64,000 bases of DNA. Origin: Macrostomum hystrix. Lineage: Eukaryota > Animalia > Platyhelminthes. The notes beneath the pieces were generated by a model. That model was not told the DNA's origin and searched no databases. It saw only the letters and a program-made list of their open reading frames with translations. The stretch is taken from positions 2,542,001 to 2,606,000 of the forward strand of contig CATNEN010000010.1 of the NCBI GenBank assembly GCA_950097015.1. The letters run 5' to 3'. Below are positions 49,750 through 60,593 of the stretch, piece by piece (the stretch's first letter is position 1; each line of letters opens with the position of its first letter). Position numbers and translations under genes: made by a program.

Positions 49750-52060
49750 ATGGACCCGTCCAAACTCGGGCCCGGCTTCAGCTGGGGCGGCACGGTGGTG
49801 TCCGGCAGCGACGACGAGATGAAAGACGAAGACGAAGAGGCCGAGGAGGATCCCAACGACGCCGAGGGAGTCTGGAGTCCCGACATTGAGCAGAGCTTCC
49901 AGGAGGCGCTCGCGCTGTATCCGCCCTGCGGCCGGCGCAAGATTATCCTATCAGATGAGGGCAAGATGTACGGTGAGTTGTCCGCTTTTTCGGTTTCAAT
50001 CGTTTCTCTGATTAGCGGCCTTCGTGGCATCTCATTCAACGGTAGAAAATCTTATAGAGGAATGCCAAGCAAGTCAAGTTGTTGCTTCATGTTTGAGCTT
50101 CTTAACAGAAGAACTTAATAAAACAAGCATAATTTATTCGCAGGCCGCAATGAGTTGATCGCCCGCTACATCAAGCTGCGGACTGGCAAGACTCGAACTC
50201 GCAAGCAAGTGTCCAGCCACATCCAGGTGCTGGCCAGACGCAAGACCAAGGAGGTTCAGAGCAACATCAAGGACCCGGCCACCAAGGAGAAGGCCATGCA
50301 CAGCCTCAGTCAGCTCAGCTCCGCCCAGATAGTCAGCGCCGGAATGGCGCGCAGCCAGGAGGCCGCCGGACCACGGCAGTCGAGCGCATCAACTGCCGCC
50401 GCTTATCACGGACCTGGCGGCGGCTCCGCCTTCTGGCCGACCACCGGCCCGGGTAGCCCCGATGGCGGCGGCTCCCAGTGGCCGAATCTAGCCACCGCCG
50501 ATGCTGCCGCAGCGGCCGCGGCCGCTGTAGCCGCCGCTGCGGCCGCTGCCGCGGCGAACTCCTCGTCGCCGTCTGGCGGCGCCAGCTGCCAGGCGATCGT
50601 CGGGCCGAACCTGCGCCTACGTGAGCTCACCGCCTTCGTCGAGGTGACAGGGGCCGAGTCGTCCGCCTACCAACAGCAGCGGCACATCTTCGCTCACATC
50701 ACCTGCCCCAGCGGCGGCCCATCGGAGTCTGCCACCGCCGCCGTGTCGCGCATGGAGAGCGTGGACCTGTCCCAGATCGCCGACAAGTTCCCGGAGAAGC
50801 GCGGCCTGAACGACTTCTTTGACAAGGGCCCGGAGTCAGCCGCCTTTCTCGTCAAGTTCTGGGCGGATATCAACACCACGCTGCCCGACGACTCTCCGGG
50901 AAATCTGTTCTACGGCCACACCACCGTGTAAGTCGACCGGCCAATATTGATTGGATGGCGAGGCATTTTCGTTCACAGATATTGACATAGTTAATCCCGC
51001 AGTTCATTCGAGCTTACTAGGTGAATGGCCCTCGAGTTGATCAGAGTCACTATATATGGATTGTTTAGCGAATATTTTCCTCACAATTAACACACTCTCC
51101 AGGTACGAGAGCTCAGAGAGCATGCACCTGTCCTGCTCTACCAAGGTCTGCTCATTCGGCAAGCAGGTTGTTGAGAAGGTCGAGAAGCACATCTCACCAC
51201 ATTTCGAGAATGGCAAATTTATCTATCAGAATGAACGCATACCGATGTGCGAGTACATGATCAACTTTATCTCCAAACTTCGCCAGCTGCCCGAGAAATT
51301 CATGATGAACTCCGTGTTGGAGAACTTCACCATTATGCAGGTGCGTTGTTCGGCCACGAATTACAGTTCTATGCTCTGGTATCTTCCGGTTCGCTTCTTA
51401 TTGCTTCTTACTTGATTTAAATCAATTATTTCATTCCGTTACTTCTCAAAACCCTTAATAATCCTTAATAATAATAATAATAATTGCAGGAGGGCTGCGG
51501 GCAATGGCACATCATTTAGTGACACTAGACCCGTACAGATACCGTACGCAGGCATACGCTCACACAGGTGTGTACATCTGCCCTGACTTTCTCTCATCGT
51601 CAGGCAGTGCACATTTCACTGTGTCTTGGAGGTTGGCCCTCAAGGGCGTAAATTGCACGACAAGCCCCCAAAGCCTTCTGTCCGCGGCTGCGCCCCAAAT
51701 AAATGTGGCCTCGCCGTGGAATCGAACTTAGGAATCTTGGTGCGAGAGGCAAACGCGATAACCGCTCTGCCACCGACCCCCCTCTCTCAAAACCCTTGTT
51801 CTTTACGTTATTTTTTAGCTTTCGCTTAATTTCCGTTACGTTTGATATTTTATTCACCTCTTCTGATCCTATCTTCGCCTCCGTTACTATTGATCTTTAC
51901 TGCCGCGCTTCCATTTTGCTCTATCACTCGTCCCATCTATCTCCAGGTAGTGACCAACGATGACACTGGCGAGCTGCTGCTATGCGTAGCCTACGTATTT
52001 GAAGTGTCCTCCAGCGTGCACGGAGCCCAGCGGCACATCTACCGCCTGGCCAGAAGCTGA
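49750..52060 (+). CDS. TEAD: TEAD / scalloped (TEF-1) transcription factor; exons 49750-49972, 50144-50927, 51103-51340, 51947-52060
   Basis: TEA domain [75 protein letters not shown]-binding domain [43 protein letters not shown] and HIYRL. Phases are consistent. Confidence 0.98.
51457..51784 (-). mobile_element. tRNA-derived SINE in TEAD intron 3 with 13-bp target-site duplication
   Basis: On the minus strand: A box GGTGGCAGAGCGG, B box AGTTCGATTCC and an (ATT)n tail. The flanking direct repeat TCTCAAAACCCTT lies at 51444-51456 and 51785-51797. Confidence 0.9.
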
Positions 52061-52932
52061 TGGAGCCGAGACCGCCGCTTGATTCTGTTCTCAATCTTAT
52101 CTTCCCTTAGTTAGACTCGGCTTCGATATTGGTCAGTTTCTTCCTATTCCTGACATTCGTTATCTTCATCTTTCTCTCCCAATATCTATTGATTTCTGCT
52201 TTTTTCACTCTCTTTCTCATCCGATGTGTACAAATAGTCTGTGCTTCATGACTCATATTTGCTTCAAGTCATGCGAATTCATTTTTCAAGTTTATTGTCT
52301 CTTATCAACAGTTTGCTGTTATGCTTCTTTTTGTATGCATATTTTGCAATGCTTTATACAAAGATGATCTTTTTGCTTATTGCTTCTATGCGACCGGCTA
52401 CCAGCGGAATTCCTCCACCGGAGGAAACACTTTTTAATCAGTGAAATCAAATTGTGAGGCCGCAGCTTGAGTTGGGCTTTTCACTGCCTAGCACACTTCA
52501 AGTACTTATTTCTTAGGTCATCATGTTGCAGGTTGTGAGAGCAAGCGCTGACGTGGGAACTGGCATTCTCCCATGAAGGTGCGCCCGGACTGTGCTAAAC
52601 GCTTCAACTACAATTCAATTGTGAATTGCTCCGTGTTTTGTTTTGCTGTATCTTTGCTCAGTTTTGCTTCTGTTGTTTCGTATACTCTTGGACAGCAACG
52701 TGTCTAGCCAATGCTTTGATTGTGTTTTTTTGTCTGGAAAATCCAACAACTTCGATGGATCAGCTGTTTCTGATTCCGTCTGCAGTTACCCCCACCCGCC
52801 GCCTGTAAATATGCTGCCTTTTTAACAACAACTCGGGATCAAAATATACCGTTCTACACTCTGCTAGCCCTGCCGTCTGTTCAACTTGTGTCTCTTTTCA
52901 TGTCTGCTTCCAGCTCGCCTCGAGTCTGCCGC

Positions 52933-55900
52933 ATGGCTGTGGCCACTCGTGCGTGTTTCAGTTTTGCTAGCTGTATTAGCTAGCACTCTGTAGGGTTATG
53001 TGCCAGCACTCTGTAGGGTTATGTGCCAGCACTCTGTAGGGTTATGTCCCAGCACTCTGTAGGGTTATGTGCCCAGCACTCTGTAGGGTTAATGTGCCCA
53101 GCACTCTGTAGGGTTATGTGCCAGCACTCTGTAGGGTTATGTGCCAGCACTCTGTAGGGTTATGTGCCAGCACTCTGTAGGGTTATGTGCCAGCACTCTG
53201 TAGGGTTATGTGCCAGCACTCTGTAGGGTTATGTCCCAGCACTCTGTAGGGTTATGTGCCAGCACTCTGTAGGGTTATGTGCCAGCACTCTGTAGGGTTA
53301 TGTGCCAGCACTCTGTAGGGTTATGTGCCAGCACTCTGTAGGGTTATGTGCCAGCACTCTGTAGGGTTATGTCCCACCACTCTGTAGGGTTATGTCCCAG
53401 CACTCTGTAGGGTTATGTTCCACCACTCTGTAGGGTTATGTCCCAGCACTCTGTAGGGTTATGTCCCAGCACTCTGTAGAGTTAAGTGCCAGCACTCTGT
53501 AGGGTTATGTGCCAGCACTCTGTAGGGTTATGTGCCAGCACTCTGTAGGGTCAAGTGCCAGCACTCTGTAGGGTTATGTGCCAGCACTCTGTAGGGTTAT
53601 GTTCCACCACTCTGTAGGGTTATGTCCCAGCACTCTGTAGGGTTATGTCCCAGCACTCTGTAGGGTTATGTCCCAGCACTCTGTAGGGTTTAATCCCAGC
53701 ACTCTGTAGGGTTATGTGCCAGCACTCTGTTGGGTTAAGTCCCAGCACTCTGTAGAGTTAAGTGCCAGCACTCTGTAGGGTTATGTCCCAGCACTCTGTA
53801 GGGTTATGTGCCAGCACTCTGTAGGGTTATGTCCTAGCACTCCGTAGAGTTAAGTGCCAGCACTCTGTAGGGTTATGTGCCAGCACTCTGTAGGGTTATG
53901 TGCCAGCACTCTGTAGGGTTATGTGCCAGCACTCTGTAGGGTTATGTCCCAGCACTCTGTAGGGTCAAGTGCCAGCACTCTGTAGGGTTAAGTCCCAGCA
54001 CTCTGTAGAGTTAAGTGCCAGCACTCTGTAGGGTTATGTGCCAGCACTCTGTAGGGTTATGTCCTAGCACTCCGTAGAGTTAAGTGCCAGCACTCTGTAG
54101 GGTCAAGTGCCAGCACTCTGTAGGGTTAAGTCCCAGCACTCTGTAGGGTTAAGTCCCAGCACTCTGTAGGGTTATGTGCCAGCACTCTGTAGGGTTTAAT
54201 CCCAGCACTCTGTAGGGTTATGTCCCAGCACTCTGTAGGATTTAATCCCAGCACTCTGTAGGATTTAATCCCAGCACTTGGTAGAGGTGTAAACTGAAAT
54301 AGCAGAGTCGGACTCATCCCTTTGAAATATTTCAGTGCGGTCCGCCGCCCTCTCCGCCACCGTGTCGCTTTCTCGCATCATCGAGGACTTCCTCGTCGGC
54401 GACGGCGGCGATCAGCCGCAGCCGCCAACAGCCGATGGCGCTGCCGGCGCACAGAAGGCTCGCAGGCCGGTCGGCACCGGCCGGAGGTCCAGGCAGGCGC
54501 ACCGCGATCCGCAGGAGCCGGTGCATCCGCGCTCGGCCTACACTATGTTCGTCAAGGAGAAAATGGGCGAGCTGGGACTGTACATCCGGGACGCGCCCGA
54601 GCATCGGCTGAAAGGCCGCGACCAGATCAAGGTGGTGGCCAGGCAGTGGCGTGACCTACCGCCGGCTGACAAGGAGCACTACCGGGAGGCCTTCTCCAGC
54701 GCCCTCGCCGACTACGAGGCCCGGCTGGCCGCCTACAAGCAGACGGACTCCCACCGCCTCTTCCAGGAGAAGATGCGCGCTAAAGACTCTGCTTTCCAGG
54801 CTAAAAAGGCACCGCGTCCTTCAACTTCCAATGTCACGCGTCCCGCCGCGGCTGCTGCATCCGTTGCCTATATCAAAGTCAAAGAAGAGCGGAAGGAGGA
54901 AGCTAGGCCGCAACAGCAGCCCCAGGCGCAGCAGTTCCAAATGCTGCCTCTGCCTCAGCAGCAGCTGGCCCAGGTGAGGCTGGAGTCGCTTGCTCAGCTG
55001 CTACCCTTGTCTCAGCTGCAGCAGCTGCTGCCACCTGGCACTGTCACACTGTTGGCCGTCACCCAGCAGCCGCCTTTGCCTCCGCCGCCGCAACAGCAGC
55101 AGTTTCACCCAGTGTATCAGCAGTTTACATATCAGCCTCATCACCAGTTGATGCCGGCTCAGCAGTTCCCACAGCAGCAGCAGCAGTTCAGTGCTGGCCA
55201 TCAGTCCGCTATGAACTTTACGGAGCTTGGCGGACCCGTCTATCAGCAGCAGCACATGTACTACAGCTCCGGTCCGTTGGTGCCACCGCAGCAGATGCAG
55301 CAGCCTTCTACAATAAGCAACTATCCTCTTGCAGCACCACATCCGCAGGCAAGCTTCTCTTTTTTATTCAGGGCGTTCCTGCATTTGTTAAATAAAAGCG
55401 CTCGGAACCTCATTTACTTCAGGACAGCAAAAACATTCAAGTTCGCTTTGACGTCTGCTTCTTTGAGCAGAGGAATTAAAAGGGCTAAATCTGTGAATAA
55501 GTGATCAAGGCGATTGGCTGCCTTGTTTGCACCCCCTTTTCAGCTGTAATGAAAGGCTGGCTTACATGCAGCTCCGCTTTCGCATAGTTAATTAGTTAAG
55601 TGCCTTTTGTTAAATCACGGCCGTTCTAATCGCAAACTCTCAATTTGAATACCCCAGTCCGCGGCTGTCTACCCGTCCTACAGTCTGGCGCCCTCTGTTC
55701 CAACATTGATGGACGGCTTCTCTGCGTCCGCCAGCAACTGCGCTTTCGGCGGCTTTCAGTTCCCGCAGCAACCACCGCCGCCGCCTCAGCAGCCGCTTGC
55801 CTACTCAACCGCTGCGTCAATGTCAAACAAGGGTTTGACATCAGAAACTGGCATGCAGATAACCGCTGTGGCAGATGATGCCGCCACTGCACAGTACTCC

Positions 55901-56251
55901 GCCATCCCTGCCGCTCCGCCCTCCGCCGACCCTGCCGCTCCGCCCCTCGCCGCTCCTGCCGCTCCGCCTTGCGTCGCTCTCACAGTTTCACCCTTTAGTG
56001 CTACCACTGCTCCGCCCCTCGCCGCATCGCCCTCCGCTGCTACCACTGTTTCGCCGTTCAGCGCCCCAGCCACACGAGCCATTTCTTCGCCTTCCCTTGA
56101 CCTCGCCGCCGATCAACCGGTAGCCAAGCTGAGTCCTGCCGCTGGTTCTAGTGTGAGTCCAACTTCATCTTCCCCACCGCCTCAGCAGCAGCAGCAGATT
56201 GTAGAAGTTGATAAAATTTCAGCACCTTCCAACTCGCCCGCACGTTTTTAG
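52933..56251 (+). CDS. HMG-box protein with Q/P/A-rich C-terminus (HMG20-like box); exons 52933-52972 (tentative), 54336-55348, 55658-56251
   Basis: PVHPRSAYTMFVKEK...IKVVARQWRDLPPADKEHYREAF...YEARLAAYKQ is an HMG box. The second intron uses a GC donor (CAG|gcaagc), which keeps phase 0. The first exon is inferred from phase only. Confidence 0.8.
52980..54280. repeat. 23-bp minisatellite (CCAGCACTCTGTAGGGTTATGT[G/C])
   Basis: About 56 copies filling the putative first intron of the HMG-box gene. Confidence 0.97.
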
Positions 56252-56836
56252 TTGCGTGCGGAGCAGTCCAGAGCTCTTGCTGCTGCTGATTGTAGCTCCT
56301 GGAGACAGACTTTTTACACGCCTCTACTCTGAATATTTTCATATTTAAATACTTGTTCCAAGGCAATCTCTCGTTACAGTCTTGTAGTTTTTCAGTTTTT
56401 GTGTTTGTACTTTCCGCGTATGGCAGGGTTTAGAAATTTGATTCAGTACTTTGGGCTCCGAGCCCTGCTTGCTTATCTTTTTTGTATTAACTTATCGATT
56501 TAATTCTAGTTTATTAAGTTTTCCGCTTTCAATTCCAACCAATGATGTTGCGTCTTCCAGTTTGTTTTTTAACATTTTTGTTTCTTTATTGGCCAGATTA
56601 ACAATTCCATTTTTGGCTGAAAAGTCCAGACTTGAGATAATTTTACATTACGAAATACCATTTAGGAAATTGGAAGGCCTCATTTTGGATAAAGGATAGA
56701 TTGTAGAAATCCTAACATTGCGATACATCTACCCAACAGACACACTAACTTAGATATACGAGCGCGTAATACCCTACTAACAACCTGACTTAGCGATAAA
56801 TCGACCCTATTGACATTTTAACTTAGAGTTAATATT

Positions 56837-58235
56837 CTACTGACACCTTAACTTAGGGATAATCGTACTGACACCCTAACTTACGCACAAACCTTCCCTA
56901 CTGACACCTTAACTTAGGGATAATCCTACTGACACCCTAACTTAGGGATAATCCTACTGACACGTAACTTAGGGATAATCCTACTGACACCTTAATTAGG
57001 GATAATCTTAGTCTGACCTTAACTTAGGGATAATCCTACTGACACCCTAACTTAGGAATAATCCTACTGACACCCTAACTTAGGAATAATCCTACTGACA
57101 CCTTAATTAGGGATAATCTTAGTCTGACCTTAACTTAGGGATAATCCTACTGACACCCTAACTTAGGAATAATCCTACTGACACCCTAACTTAGGAATAA
57201 TCCTACTGACACCCTAACTTAGGGATAATCCTACTGACACCTTAATTAGGGATAATCTTAGTCTGACCTTAACTTAGGGATAATCCTACTGACACCCTAA
57301 CTTAGGAATAATCCTACTGACACCCTAACTTAGGGATAATCCTACTGACACCTTAATTAGGGATAATCTTAGTCTGACCTTAACTTAGGGATAACCCTAC
57401 TGACACCCTAACTTAGGAATAATCCTACTGACACCCTAACTTAGGAATAATCCTACTGACACCTTAATTAGGGATAATCTTAGTCTGACCTTAACTTAGG
57501 GATAATCCTACTGACACCCTAACTTAGGAATAATCCTACTGACACCCTAACTTAGGGATAATCATACTGACACCCTAACTTAGGAATAATCCTACTGACA
57601 CCCTAACTTAGGGATAATCCTACTGACACCTTAATTAGGGATAATCTTAGTCTGACCTTAACTTAGGGATAATCCTACTGACACCCTAACTTAGGAATAA
57701 TCCTACTGACACCCTAACTTAGGAATAATCCTACTGACACCTTAATTAGGGATAATCTTAGTCTGACCTTAACTTAGGGATAATCCTACTGACACCCTAA
57801 CTTAGGAATAATCCTACTGACACCCTAACTTAGGGATAATCCTACTGACACCCTAACTTAGGAATAATCCTACTGACACCCTAACTTAGGGATAATCCTA
57901 CTGACACCTTAATTAGGGATAATCTTAGTCTGACCTTAACTTAGGGATAATCCTACTGACACCCTAACTTAGGAATAATCCTGCTGACACCCTAACTTAG
58001 GAATAATCCTGCTGACACCCTAACTTAGCGATAAATCTACCCTACTGACACCTTAAATTAGGAATAATCCTACTGACACCTTAATTAGGGATAATCCTAC
58101 TGACACCCTAACTTAGCGATAAAATCTACCCTACTGACACCTTAAATTAGGAATAATCCTACTGACACCTTAATTAGGGATAATCTTAGTTACACCTTAA
58201 ATTAGGGATAATCTTACTGTCACCCTAACTTAGCA
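56837..58235. repeat. 26-28-bp minisatellite CCTACTGACACCCTAACTTAGG(G/A)ATAAT containing CCCTAA-C-TTAGGG
   Basis: About 50 copies, with a periodic variant unit (CTTAGTCTGACCTTAACTTAGGG) every 3-5 monomers. Confidence 0.96.
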
Positions 58236-59109
58236 ATCAATCTACCTTCAGTTTTAGCATTGTGTATATCTTAGCACCTGTCCGTTTTTTATAGTTTTTT
58301 TGGCTTTGATTTATTCGCAAGCAGCAGGCTGACAGCCTTTCATTAGTACTGCTATTAAAAAGCTAATTCTCTGCCGCCACCGAGCCAATAAGAAATCATT
58401 TATCGAACTTTTGTTGAAAGATTTTTCTACACGAAAGCGTATCTGAAGTGCCAATGCTGAGTTTTTGAGTTTACAGTTCTGCCTCGCGCGTGGAATTCTA
58501 CTATTCAGCACTAATCAAATTTATATTCTTTATTTTTGTTTTTCTACTTGTCAAGTTTTGATTCTAGTTTGAAATGTCTTGTGCTTTTTCCAATCGTATT
58601 AATAGATTTCTAATTATGGAAGGCTATTCGGCTGCCTATTTTTGCTCACATTACCAATCGTTGTCTTCCCATTAGAGGGGCGAATTGTGCTCAGAGTAAA
58701 TCAGAGTCACATCTGCAGTCCTAACCGAACTCAGTCTATAGAATTTCTTAATAAACTTTTTGTTGGTATCATATCTATTATTTGAGCAATTTAGGAGATT
58801 CTGAGTTGTTTATGTCTTCTGAATTTTTGCCGATATGTTTTGAAAAAACGAGCGTAGAAAACTACACCTAACCCAGTCGGGCCAAATGGCCCGCTGGCCT
58901 TTCTTTTATTGCTGGGTGAGCTGAAGCAGATTCAAGGGCGCCTATTATTTCCCCGGAGCTGAGATTCTGAGCCCATTGACCTCCCGATCAAAAGACAGAT
59001 GGGCAGCAACCTCGCCTCTATATGTTTAGAAAACTGTATAAATAAGTGCATGTTAGACAAATCAGTACTCATCCGGACCCTCCCTGCTGCAGCAGCTGAC
59101 CGCAGCGCC

Positions 59110-60004
59110 ATGTCGCGCCAGATGCTGCCCCGCGTGTTCCTGTCGCAGCCGCTGCAGAATGGCGTCTCCAGGTATACCTGCCAGCTGAAACGGATCACGC
59201 TGAAGTTCTGCAAATTCAGGCCGACCAGCCTGGGCGCCAGAGAGTTCATTGAGAATGGTGACTTTGTCAGCTTCGCTCAGGCCAACCCTGAGGTGAGGCC
59301 AGTGATCTGTGTGACGTCTTAGCTGACAGACAAGTCAGACACACTGACAGACAAGTCAGACACACTGACAGACAAGTCAGACACACTGACAGACAAGTCA
59401 GACACACTGACAGACAAGTCAGACACACTGACAGACAAGTCAGACACACTGACAGACAAGTCAGACACACTGACAGACAAGTCAGACACACTGACAGACA
59501 AGTCAGACACACTGACAGACAAGTCAGACACACTGACAGACAAGTCAGACACTGACAGAAAAGTCTGACACAAAGTCAAACACACTGACAGACAAATCGG
59601 ACACTGACAGAAAAGTCTGTCACACTGACAGGAAACTCTAACACTCTGAACTGCTTCCTCTCCCTGCTCAGGTCGCCTGCTACCTGAAGCCGCGCCGCAA
59701 CCGCCCGCCGGTGCTGCAGGCGGAATTCTCCAACGGCTCCATACAGCTGGCCCGCATGGACTCGTTTCCTGCCGACTGGGTGCGCCGCTGGTTCTGGCTG
59801 ATGCGCGGCCGCTGCGGCGACGACCTCCTACCGCTGCACGAGAATCTGCGCACCTGCCACGCCTCCGTCCAGGGCGTCTGGACGCCCTTCACCTTCGGCC
59901 GGCCCAGCCGCGAGCTGCCTGACGGCCGGCACCGCCAGCTGGCCCCCAGCGGCACCGACATGATTCAGCACCTGCACCGGCTGCAGACTGCCCGCCTGCC
60001 CTAA
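59110..60004 (+). CDS. MRPL43: Mitochondrial ribosomal protein mL43; exons 59110-59292, 59672-60004
   Basis: FLSQPLQNGVSRYTCQLKRITLKFC...SLGAREFIE...FAQANPEV...PVLQAEFSNG...ASVQGVWTPFT matches mL43. The intron is phase 0. Confidence 0.92.
59323..59640. repeat. 21-bp minisatellite (CTGACAGACAAGTCAGACACA) in the MRPL43 intron
   Basis: About 11 clean copies followed by decayed ones. Each unit holds the inverted pair CTGAC/GTCAG. Confidence 0.95.
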
Positions 60005-60464
60005 GCTGGGTGGAGCAATGAGACTGGGATTAGGGGGAAAAACTGTTGAGGACGATGAAAACTGATGGGGATGAAGCTGAGCTAGGGCAGGAATGAGAAA
60101 GTAGGTCAGTATACATGATCTGAAAATGCAAGAACATTTCCCACCACTGTCAGAAGCTGTTATTAGATTAGCTAGAGATCAGTAATCCTGTGGATTTTCT
60201 ACGAACACCTTTTCTTTATCCTATTAACTTTGTTGCACGCCTGCAGGGCTTCCTGCTCATGTTAGCTGGCTCCGTTTTATAAAATAAAATTGTATTGCAT
60301 TTTTTCGTTCTGCTGTTGCTTGATTGCTGAACACGTCTTTTACATGCGTTTGTATGTAAGAATTAAGGAATCAGAGTTATAGAGTCAACGCGAGAGAGCT
60401 ATAATGCCCATTCCGCTAACCAATGAGCACCTCAATTAAAGTTGCCCAAAAGTCCCCTAGTTAA

Positions 60465-60540
60465 TGTGGCCTTACAGCAGATTTGAACTCGGGACGTCTA
60501 GAGGGACTGTCCGTATTGTCTGTCGTTGTTACGGCTAGCC
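60465..60540 (-). mobile_element. Possible degenerate SINE head
   Basis: A B-box-like GAGTTCAAATC plus the AATGTGGCCT segment shared with the SINE at 51.7 kb. The A box is poor. Confidence 0.35.
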
Positions 60541-60593
60541 CTGTGTGAGCACTGCGTCATCCCTGACCCTCCCTCAGCCAGCCACCGCCCGCC

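Noticed and set aside
56837-58235. True telomere or chromosome end
   Set aside because: There is no (TTAGGG)n run, hexamers are embedded in a longer unit, and genes continue on both sides.
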